Below are positions 1 to 9,100 of a stretch of 64,000 nt of DNA, piece after piece. The stretch lies in the NCBI GenBank assembly GCA_965644315.1, contig CBFFRQ010000069.1, positions 124,001-188,000 of the forward strand, read 5' to 3'. Below the pieces are notes generated by a model, which searched no databases, was not told where the DNA came from, and saw only the letters and a program-made list of their open reading frames with translations. Each line of letters opens with the position of its first letter. Positions within the stretch are counted from its first letter, which is position 1. The position numbers were made by a program, and so were the translations under genes. Origin of the DNA: Caecitellus pseudoparvulus. Taxonomy: Eukaryota; Protista; Bigyra: Bicosoecida.

Positions 1-1326
1 TTCCGGCGCCTGAACAACAACTTGGGACCCTTCCTGCGCTCGGCAAAGCCCATCATCGCCGGGGCGCCGGTTCGCCAAGGCGGAATGCTGCCGATCTCAC
101 CTGCAGTCCCTGTTGCGGCAAATGCTGGTGATGAGCAGCCGCTGCTGGCCACACCGTCCCCTGCGGCGCCGTCGACTGCACCATACACGCCAGTTCAGCC
201 GCCAGTTCCAGCTCTTGTCGACCCTGGGACTTCTTGCATCCACGGGCCTATGGTGGGGCAAGTCATCCCTGATGCAAGCGGGCTGTCGGGTCACATCGTG
301 CTGTGCGGCGCCTCTGCTGCCTCCTCCGCCTTGCCCGTGTTTGTGAAGTACTTGAGGGCCATCACAGACAAGCCAGTTGTGGTGCTGCACCCGTTGCTCA
401 ACGCGCCGCCAGCGCTACCGCAGCCGGAATGCCGAAATGTCGCCTTTGTCGTCGGCTCTGCCCTTGAACTGGCAGACTTGGAGGCCGCTGGAATGGCACG
501 CGCCAGTGTCGGGGTGGTGCTGGCAAACCCTGAGGAAGCTGCTGAGCAAGAGGCGGTCGGGATGACCTCCTCGTCCATGGTGGGTCTCAACGCGGACATT
601 GAGGCTGTGTTCACTGTGTGTGTAATTGAAGCGAACTTTCCCACCTGCAGGACGCTGGTGGAAGTGGTGGACAACGACTCCATGCGCTTCCTCAACTTCA
701 AGCCCAGTGCAGACCATGTGCCGCACACGTTGTGGCCCCAATACGCCTGTGGCCGTGTGTACATGAGTTCGACCCTGGACACCCTCATCTGCCAGTCCTT
801 CTACAACGAAGCCCTCATTCCTGTGCTGGGCCGGCTCATCACTGGCAGTCGGGCTTTCACAGAAGAGGAGGTGGAGCTCGCTGCCCAGCTGAGTGCGGAG
901 GAGTCAGACAGCACTTCCCGCTCGGGGGCTTGGGTGGAGAATGCGAACGTCATGCAGCTGCGCGTTCCAGCCCCATACAGGCGCAGGCCTTATCGGGACC
1001 TGTTCATGGAGCTGTTGCTGACTCGGAGCATTCTCCCGCTGGGCGTGTACCGGTCGCACAGCGTGCACCGTGGCGCGCTGCTCGACTACGTCCTGTGCAA
1101 CCCGGCGCCAGATCTCATCCTCCATCCCTCAGACAAGCTGTTTGTGCTCGTAGGGAACAAACTCGTGAAGGAGGCATATGCCAACCTTACCCCCAGCACG
1201 CCTGCTGCGGTTGGCAGCGGCCAACCTGCCGTCACTCCGCTGCAAGGCACCTTGCACCTGCACGCCACGCCGCAGGACAGCAAGGCAGGCCCATTCCCTG
1301 GCCAAGCCGCCGGCACTGGGCTGTAG
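1..1326 (+). CDS. Slo/BK-family potassium channel, C-terminal RCK2 gating-ring region (5' partial)
   Basis: Frame open from base 1. RCK motifs GHIVLCG, GSALELADLEAAGMARA, YACGRVYMSSTLDTLICQSFYN and LPLGVYR...YVLCNP...DKLFVL match Slo channel C-termini. Confidence 0.85.
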   Translation, partial: FRRLNNNLGPFLRSAKPIIAGAPVRQGGMLPISPAVPVAANAGDEQPLLATPSPAAPSTAPYTPVQPPVPALVDPGTSCIHGPMVGQVIPDASGLSGHIVLCGASAASSALPVFVKYLRAITDKPVVVLHPLLNAPPALPQPECRNVAFVVGSALELADLEAAGMARASVGVVLANPEEAAEQEAVGMTSSSMVGLNADIEAVFTVCVIEANFPTCRTLVEVVDNDSMRFLNFKPSADHVPHTLWPQYACGRVYMSSTLDTLICQSFYNEALIPVLGRLITGSRAFTEEEVELAAQLSAEESDSTSRSGAWVENANVMQLRVPAPYRRRPYRDLFMELLLTRSILPLGVYRSHSVHRGALLDYVLCNPAPDLILHPSDKLFVLVGNKLVKEAYANLTPSTPAAVGSGQPAVTPLQGTLHLHATPQDSKAGPFPGQAAGTGL

Positions 1327-1384
1327 CTCATTTTTTCCCGCGTTGAATGTGAAAATGCATTGCCGTTTATTGAAGGGGCATGCT

Positions 1385-4300
1385 CTACGTAGCGGCTCCG
1401 ACGGCCAAGGTGGCAGGTGGTGCACCTTGCACCGGTCCCGGCTGTGCATCAGCTCTGCCCGCAAAGTCTTCCCCTTGATCAGTCGCGGCAACAGTCCCAT
1501 GGCTGTGATCACAGCAAGAGCTTTGGCAGCCTTGGCGTTGGAGACCACGAGCTCGAAGCTGCGCATCCCGCACCACGAGCAGCACCTCGTTTTTGCCTGC
1601 AATGCCCGCCAGTCGCCCAGCAGTCAACCGCCGAGGCCCTCGCAAGCCCAGAAACTGCATCACATTGTGCACCGTCGAGTCCCAAGAGAAGGGGTTGAAA
1701 TACGACACTGCCAGCGCGGGCATGCGTTGAGCAAGGTGGCCGATAAACGCCTGCACCTGGGCAGGCGTTCCAGGGGGAATGCCTGGAACAGACGAGGGGG
1801 GGATGGGCGTCCCACTGGGGCCAGCCAGGGAGAGGAAGTGGTGGTACCGCTGCAGACCCATGACTTCGTTCGTGGTGATGTTCTGTGCCATGGCGTACGG
1901 GACGTGGAACACCAACAAGTTCCCAGTGAGCACCGCGCCGAAAGCGGCACACGCGAAGGACAACCAGGGAACGATACCGCGCCCAACAGTGATGGCCCAC
2001 GTCCACCCGAGGAAGGACGCAGGGCTGTCCAACGGTGCGCTCCACATGTTGATGACGTGCATGATGATGCAGCAAGAGCAGCCGACGCACATGGCAAAGC
2101 AGTAGGCAATGAAGAACGGGTGCGTGTCCTTTGCGATGACTTGGTACGTCCATGGGCAAAAGTGGTCAAACTTCTCGTACCGCGCGTCTGTGAACGTGTC
2201 ATGTTTGCTGCGTGGCACAAGGGGGCACTCAGAGGTCAGGCACATGAAGTCCTCGCGAGGGCGGGAACTGCCGCCTCCCATGAAGGTGCAGTCCAGGACA
2301 AGTCGCTCAATGTGGGACAGGGGGCGCTGAAGCAGCACCTGAGCTGTGGCAGACCATGTGGTGTACAGTGTCACAGGGGGCATGGACAGGAAGGGGGGCG
2401 AGCTGGAAGCCGTGCGGTCTGCTGCAGGCTGAGCTGCCACTTCGCCGCGCAGCAGCGCTCGAAGCACGCGAGGTGCAGAGCTCCCCGCCCCTGCCACCTG
2501 CACTCGAGCCTGGGGCAGGTGGGGTGTGAAGGCATCTGGGTCCCACTCCTGCCCAGTCAGGTCTGCCTCGTCGTCCAACAGGCGAACACTTGCCCGAGCC
2601 AGGGCGTTGCCCATGGCCAGCAACACGTTCAAGAGCTGCGCTGCGGCAACGGTCCTGGCGTGGCCGTTCACAGGGATGAACTGCAGCATCATAAAGGAGG
2701 TGGCGTGTGGAGGTGGGGCAACGCTGCCGCCCCGCTGAGGGTTCGCCAGTGACACCAGCCCGTCCTTGTGGGCCTGGATACGGGAGGGGTCCACCATGAC
2801 CGCCGAGTCCTGCAGGGCAGCACGGCCAGGCTTCACGGTGGAGTCAACAGGGTCTAGGAGGCTGCCGTCCGTGCCAATGGCAGCCATGTGCAGACTCCCA
2901 GACTGACCACATCGCAGCACCTGCTCGGGACCAGAAGGCAGCGCCTCCCAGTCCAGGTCTCCCACCGGAGCCTGGCCCTGGCTGGCACTGCGGACGCCGT
3001 AGGGATCCACCACACCAGGGTTAGTGTACAGCATGGCCAGCTCTGATGCTACAATACCCAGCGCACACGCCGCGTGCAGCGCGGTGAGCCACCCCGCCCC
3101 CACCGGCAGGTCGCCCGCATCCTGCGTGTACACTTGCAGGCAAGAGAAGAGGAACATGGCAGACACCAGCCAAATGATGCCGTGCTGCGCCACCTTCTTC
3201 TCTGTAGGCAACTGCACTGAGAAAAACTGCGCGGCCACAGCGAGCAAAGCAGCCACGAGCAGATCCAGCCTCCACCACTGCGGCAGTTCGGCCCTGGGCA
3301 TGGCAGCTGCTGCCAGGGCTCCCGCTGCACCAGTATCGGCCCGCAGCTGCAGCACACGCAGACGGAGCAGGGCACGAGGGGGGGCGGTGGGAAGCACTTG
3401 CAGCAGGTGGTGGTACCAATCCGGGACCTTGCTGGGCGCCATAGAAAGGTACATGCCCACTTTTTCCAGAGCCGCCTTGGCCGTGGCAGGGGGGGAGCAG
3501 TCTCGAGGCGGCAAGAATGCCTGTGTGGAGATGCCCACGGAGGCTGGCGTGCCGCCTGGCCCGTCCTGGCCTGCAGCGGGGGCAGCGGCCATGGCAGCGA
3601 CGAGGGCCAACTCAAAGGCAGTGTACCATGTTCCAGGACCCACGGGCAAGCCAGCTTGCAGCAGTGCCGCGGCTGGGGGTGGGTTGATGGCAAAGGGGGG
3701 GCGTGTGCGGGTGGTGGCCGGCACTCGGCAGGTCTCAATGAGGAACGTCGCGGCGTCCAACCTGCCTGCCAGCGCGGCACGGTGCAGGGGGGTCAGTCCT
3801 TCGAAGTCGAATTCGTTCATGGGCAGGCGGCGCTTGTGCAGGAGGCGCAGGAGGGCGACGTTGCCCTTGTACGCTGCCCAGTGCGCACACGAGGCGCCAC
3901 GGGAGTCCACCTCGACAGGGGACGCCCCCAGGTCCATGAGAAGGAGAAAGAGGAGGCGGTGTCCGCCTTGCAGAGCCAGGAGCAGGGCGTAGGCGCCAAG
4001 GTTGTCCTTGGCGTTCAGATCTGCTCCAGAAGCCAGCAACGCCAGGACAGCTTCGATGCGCCCGCCGACGCATGCCCACATGAGTGGTGTCTGCAGATTG
4101 TGAGCCCGGGCATCCACCTCCGCACCGTACTCGATCAGCACTTTCAGGGTCTGCAAGCTGTTGTGGAAGGCAGCAAAGTGTAGGAGGGAGTTGCCGTTGG
4201 GGTCCCGCGCAACGAGCAGCTGCTGTCGAGTGCCGCTGTCCACCTTGAGCAGCAGTTGGGACACCTGCGCGGCCATGCCCTGGTTGAACATGTTGAATGC

Positions 4301-4417
4301 CATGGGAATGAGGTCCATCCCTTGCTCTTGCTGCGGTGCAGGCCTTCCGCCCTGCCCTGCCTCGGCTGGTTTCAGCGACCCAGAACCGATTTCCGCAGGT
4401 TCGGCTTGGGAAGACAT
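1385..4417 (-). CDS. AKR1: Ankyrin-repeat DHHC-family palmitoyltransferase (Akr1/ZDHHC17-like)
   Basis: About 6 ankyrin repeats (GNSLLHFAA, QTPLMWAC, GASCAHWAA, GLTPLHRAA), TM segments, PRSKH...FDHFCPW and a TTNE motif. Likely start is ATG 4417 (MSSQAEP), not the ORF-track start at 4768. Confidence 0.88.
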   Translation of the reverse strand: MSSQAEPAEIGSGSLKPAEAGQGGRPAPQQEQGMDLIPMAFNMFNQGMAAQVSQLLLKVDSGTRQQLLVARDPNGNSLLHFAAFHNSLQTLKVLIEYGAEVDARAHNLQTPLMWACVGGRIEAVLALLASGADLNAKDNLGAYALLLALQGGHRLLFLLLMDLGASPVEVDSRGASCAHWAAYKGNVALLRLLHKRRLPMNEFDFEGLTPLHRAALAGRLDAATFLIETCRVPATTRTRPPFAINPPPAAALLQAGLPVGPGTWYTAFELALVAAMAAAPAAGQDGPGGTPASVGISTQAFLPPRDCSPPATAKAALEKVGMYLSMAPSKVPDWYHHLLQVLPTAPPRALLRLRVLQLRADTGAAGALAAAAMPRAELPQWWRLDLLVAALLAVAAQFFSVQLPTEKKVAQHGIIWLVSAMFLFSCLQVYTQDAGDLPVGAGWLTALHAACALGIVASELAMLYTNPGVVDPYGVRSASQGQAPVGDLDWEALPSGPEQVLRCGQSGSLHMAAIGTDGSLLDPVDSTVKPGRAALQDSAVMVDPSRIQAHKDGLVSLANPQRGGSVAPPPHATSFMMLQFIPVNGHARTVAAAQLLNVLLAMGNALARASVRLLDDEADLTGQEWDPDAFTPHLPQARVQVAGAGSSAPRVLRALLRGEVAAQPAADRTASSSPPFLSMPPVTLYTTWSATAQVLLQRPLSHIERLVLDCTFMGGGSSRPREDFMCLTSECPLVPRSKHDTFTDARYEKFDHFCPWTYQVIAKDTHPFFIAYCFAMCVGCSCCIIMHVINMWSAPLDSPASFLGWTWAITVGRGIVPWLSFACAAFGAVLTGNLLVFHVPYAMAQNITTNEVMGLQRYHHFLSLAGPSGTPIPPSSVPGIPPGTPAQVQAFIGHLAQRMPALAVSYFNPFSWDSTVHNVMQFLGLRGPRRLTAGRLAGIAGKNEVLLVVRDAQLRARGLQRQGCQSSCCDHSHGTVAATDQGEDFAGRADAQPGPVQGAPPATLAVGAAT

Positions 4418-5335
4418 GCTGTGCTTTGGCCACGTATCAACCGAGTCAACGGCAGGCGACAGATCCTGCACTGAGCAGAAAGTGTGTAGATTGGACGGAG
4501 CACCGTTCTCCTTCCGCGATGCAGGCCCTGGACAAGTTGCTTTTCGAGCTCTCACTGGCCAGACGCCCCGTCTACCACTCCCGTTTGTGAAGAGGTTACA
4601 GCTCCGCGCACACGGGCGAGGCGCACTGCTTGCTCGCCGTAAGGGCTCAAGACTAACCTGGCTCTTCGCCTTGAGGGGTGAAAAGTGGCAAATGGGGAAG
4701 AGTGCTCCCAGCACGTACGAAACTTTCATTCTCCAGAGAGGTAGCGAATCCTGATCCGTACTACTCACTCATGCACGGGTAAGTGACAGGCATCGTTTGT
4801 AATTGCCAGGGGACAGCTTCACACTCAAGCGCTCCCATTTCGCGCGTGTGGCAAGTGAGGGGGCGGCCGGGGGCTGGCGGCGTGTTGCCAACAGGGGGAC
4901 ATGCCGAGCAGCGCCGTGACATGAGGGCCTCGCCTCGCTCTGTGCGTCGACGGCCGCGTCGGCCCGAGCGGCCTAGGGCTTCGAAGGAGTCCATGAAGCG
5001 GCCACCAGGGCATGCGGGGAGCTACACTGAGCAGCTCTGGAAACCACACTGAAATACACCACTTTTATCGGCCTGTGTCAATGAGGGGCCTCCCGATCAA
5101 GGCGCCCAGAGTGCCAACGCAATGTCGGGCTGGTTGCACTGCGGCCACCCTGACGTCGGCGAGGGTGGCCCGCGGCGACTGAGCCCAAGCAGCGTCAGAG
5201 GGTGGAACCCACGATGGTATGCATTGTCACAAGCCCCACTTGGAGGCACTGCACGCATGAATGCAGCGCCTGCTGCCTTGGACATGCCACGAGGGTCGAC
5301 AAAGTGGCAAGAGCTGCGAGGCTGGCCAGGTTGCC

Positions 5336-5690
5336 TCAGCCAGAGCCCTCCTCCTCGGCAGCCTTCTTCTCAGCTGCGATCTCCTCAGCGGTGGGGAGGT
5401 GGGAAGACACCTTGGGGGTGACCTTCTTCTGCGGAGGTGGGGCAAGCGGGCAAATGGTGCGGCTAGGCTGGTTGGCGTGGTGGCAAGGGAAACTTGAGCT
5501 CTGGCCACGTTGCGAGGTGGGAAGGGCGAAGCAGCCGGCCCACACTGCCATAAGACCCAGAACAGACTCGCACGTTAACACTAGGCCTTGGCCATGCCTG
5601 GAACTGCTAGTGCGGGGCGGGCAGAGCACGCACCAGCTTCTTGCCGGCTGCAACCTCGGCGAGCAGGCCAGTTGGGGCAGCGTCAGCCAT
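5336..5690 (-). CDS. 49-aa WH2/beta-thymosin-like actin-monomer-binding peptide (2 exons: 5690-5634, 5428-5336)
   Basis: The spliced product MADAAPTGLLAEVAAGKKL|KKVTPKVSSHLPTAEEIAAEKKAAEEEGSG has a WH2 helix plus LKKV and a thymosin-like LPT.E.I..EK tail. Intron 5633-5429 is canonical GTGCGT...CCGCAG, phase 0. All Lys codons are AAG and all Glu codons are GAG. Confidence 0.8.
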
Positions 5691-6101
5691 GATGACAGTG
5701 ATTGAGAGAGGGATGAGAGGGAAACGTAATTGCTGAGAGCATAGGAAGGGTCAGGGCGCTGTGAGACAGGTTGGAGTGAACTTTGCCGCGCCGAGAGCCT
5801 TTGCCTCGCACCTGGCTCGCTGCAGCATGCCCCCCCTCACACCCCCTCCTACTTCCGCCACCCTGCCGTGCCTGCAGGCAAGGCACGGCTCAGGTCCAAA
5901 CCAAGATATCCGGCACTCAGGGTGCACCATCAAGACTGCACCCACCCGCCAAGGCGTGCAAGCAGCGCCGAGAGGCGTAGGGAGGACGGTGTCGACGCTG
6001 CAGCTGAAGCTGCACTTGGACAGCCCCGCACAGCGACCCTCGACGCCAGCAAGGCGCGGCGTGAGGCACCCTAGCGGCGTGAGACGGAGCAGCAGTGCGC
6101 C

Positions 6102-9100
6102 ATGGCCTCTCACTTCAGAGCCGATGAGATCTTGCTCAGGTCCCAGCTACGATATGCAGACCTGCTGGCGGCGTTCTCGAAAGCCTTGGCCAGCTCAGAC
6201 GCTGCACACCTGCAGGGCTTGACAGGGCACATTGCAGATCTTGCCCGCGGCGCAGCCGAGCTTGGGGAGGCATACAAGCGCAGCGGGGCGGGTGTATATG
6301 CAAAGTTTTCTGCCCTGCTGCAGCTGCACATCGACTACGCGGCGTCCTTGGCGAAGTATGAGCTGGCCATGCTGCCACTGGCGCAGCAGGTGCAGGAAGT
6401 GTTGAACGCAGATCCCCACGCTGGCGGGCAGAGCGTGAAGCAGATGCTGCGCCTGCCTGCACTCCGCATTTTAGAGGAGGAGATGCTGTTTGAATACGTC
6501 CAGAGCGAAGCTGAGAGCTTGGGGGCGCCACCCAAGGTCATGAAGCGCCTGCGCAGCATCACCGGCAATGGCATTGCCAAGGTGAAGAAGAATGTCCTCA
6601 GCAAGCGCAGCAAGGGCGTGAAAAAGGCCCTCGCCGAGCTTCCCGTCACGGATCGCGAGGGAGAGGTGCGCACAGGCACCGTTGTGCGGTACACCCAGGC
6701 AGTGGTGCAGGGCGTGGAGGCAGTGGTGATGCTGCTGGCAGATCCCGCGGGCGCCGAGCTTGTCATGCTGGGCGCAGAGCCTGGCAAGGAGTTGGGCACC
6801 AACTTCATCGCCTCTTTCACACTGGACTCCAACATCACGGCCAGCAGTAAGGCGTCCCCGAGGCCCACGCTGAACATCGCCGGCGATGACGTCAGGCTGA
6901 CTCTTGAGCTGGCGCCGGGTGTCTCAGCCAGCTCCTGGCGGGAGGACGTGCTGCTGGCAGCCCGAGGCAAGTTTTCCAAAGAGGTCGTGTACAGTCGCCA
7001 GCTGCTGGCGTCCCTGGAGACGGCGGCGCAGTCAGCACTGTTCTCATCCACGGTGCCTGATGACATGCTGGCCAGTCTGTCTGCGTATGTGTCTGAGCAG
7101 ACCAGCCTCTCCGCTGCGGCACAGGCGTCTGGCGGAGCAGGGCTGAGCTCTGAGGCGCCCCCCTTCCCCGACTCCATGCAGGACTTGCTGCCCTTTGCGA
7201 ACCCCACCGCCATCTCCGACACCTGGCGCCGCATCCATGCTGCTGCCGTGTCCCTGGACGTCGGCGTGCGGGGCTCCCTGGAGAAGAAGAGTTCTGGACT
7301 CATGGGGTCCAGCTGGAAGGCAAGGTTCGGAGAGATCCGCATCTTGGAGAACTCCCGCGGCGTCCTGCGTGGCGAGTTCGTCCTGTGGAGCTCCAAGGAG
7401 CGCTACGAGAAGTACCAGGCGGCCCTGGCTTCGGGGGACATGGGTGAGGCGGCAGAGCTGTCAAACAGCCGCACGCCATTTGACCTGGCGGACTACGAAA
7501 AGGCCGTCTGGTGTGGCTCCAAGAAGAGCAATCAGTTCGAAGTGCGGCATGGCGGCACAAAGTACGCCTTCCGCGCCAAGAGTGCTGAAATCGCCCAACA
7601 GTGGGTGGCTTCCTTCGTCTGCTTCGACGAGCTGCGGCAGGTGCTGGGGGACAAGATGGCCGCTGCGCAGCAAGAAAAGGCCCGCGCAGGGATCACTGCT
7701 GGCGCGGCTGAGGCATTCTCTGCTGCTCGCAGTCGCGAAACCAGCATGCTGGTGGCCAAGGGGGCGCTGGAAAAGTACAAGAGCGAGAATGCGCCCTCTC
7801 CAGCTCCAGAGCCTGTCAGTGCAGCTGAGCCGGCGGACACTGCTGCATCCACACCCGCGCCCGCCACGGCGGCGGGCAGTGCTACAGCGGAGGCCTCAGA
7901 CAGCAGCAAGCCGACTGCCCCTGCAGTTGAAAGCAAGGAGGCCCAGCCTGTCGCCAGTGCCAAGGCTCCTGCACCTGCAGCCGGCACCGAGGCAGCAGCG
8001 CCCCCAGCAACCTCGGCTGGACGAAGCGCGCCCTCGGAAGAGGCCAAGGCTGCAACCCCACCCCCTCCTGCAGCAGGCAGCCGGGCTCCCGCTGGTGGTG
8101 TGTCTGGACCGGCGCCGGCCGCAGGGGACTCCAAGGTTTCCGCTCCAGGACCCAAGGCACCTGGGCCCACAACGGTATCACCACCTCCACGACCCCTTGT
8201 GACAGGTCTGCCCAAGCCCAGCTCCCCTCCTCAGCGCGCCCCTCTGCGGGGTTCTCTGGGGGCCAAGTCTGGTGCCATTGAGGAAGCGAAGCCTGAGCCA
8301 GAGTCCAAGCCGGACTCCTCTGCTCCTGCTCCTGCTGCTGCCGCAGATGCTGCAGTTAAACCCAGTGCGGACGGCAAGAAGCCCACACCGCCCGCAGATT
8401 CAGTCGCAGCTGGCCAGTCGGGGGTGTCGAAGAAAGCTGCAAAAGACAGCTCATCATTGCCCGCTGGCAAGGCGCCAGCTTCGCCAGGCAAGGCGCCAGC
8501 TTCACCTGGGAAGGCGCCCGCTTCACCTGGAAAGGCACCCGCTTCACCTGGAAAGGCGCCTGCTCCCGCTGCACCTGCCAGCGAGGCAAAGAAGCTGTCC
8601 CCTCCCAAGGGCCCCATCAGTCCCAAGCCTGGCAAGGTCATTTCTGGCAAGGCACCAAAGCCTGCGCCGACTGGCGCTGGGAAGGCCAAGGCGGCACCCA
8701 ACACGCCTCCTGTGTCCGGAGGAAGCGCGGTGGCGAAGGACTCTGCTCCAGCACCAGCAACTGTTGCCCCTGCTGCAGACGCCCCAGAGCCCAAGAGCGA
8801 AAGCTCGAAGCCCTCCAAGCCCGTGTCGCCGCCTGGTGCCCGGCCGCCGCCTACCCGCCCAACGCTGTCCCCCAAGCAGGCCACGAAGCCCGCCACACCC
8901 CCACCTGCCGCGGCAGTGGTGGCATCTGTCAGTAGACCCGCCAGCCCCAAGGCTGGCCCGCCAACGGCCCAGCCACCCGTATCACCGGCTTCCAGTGTGC
9001 GTTCAGAGGCATCGGTTGTGGACACCAGTGCTGGTGTGAAGCCCTCTGCGCTGCGCAAGGCTGGGAAGGGAGTGTCTTTCTCCACCGAAGGCAGCGGGGA

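Noticed and set aside
1178-2752. 524-aa + strand ORF, and many other long antisense ORFs (e.g. 8231-10144, 15024-17213, 16886-18640, 22698-24185)
   Set aside because: These are shadow ORFs opposite real genes, expected from high GC and codon bias, with no recognisable motifs.
4418-4768. N-terminal 117-aa extension of the DHHC ORF
   Set aside because: It starts at a non-ATG codon and its composition does not look coding. ATG 4417 is the more plausible start.
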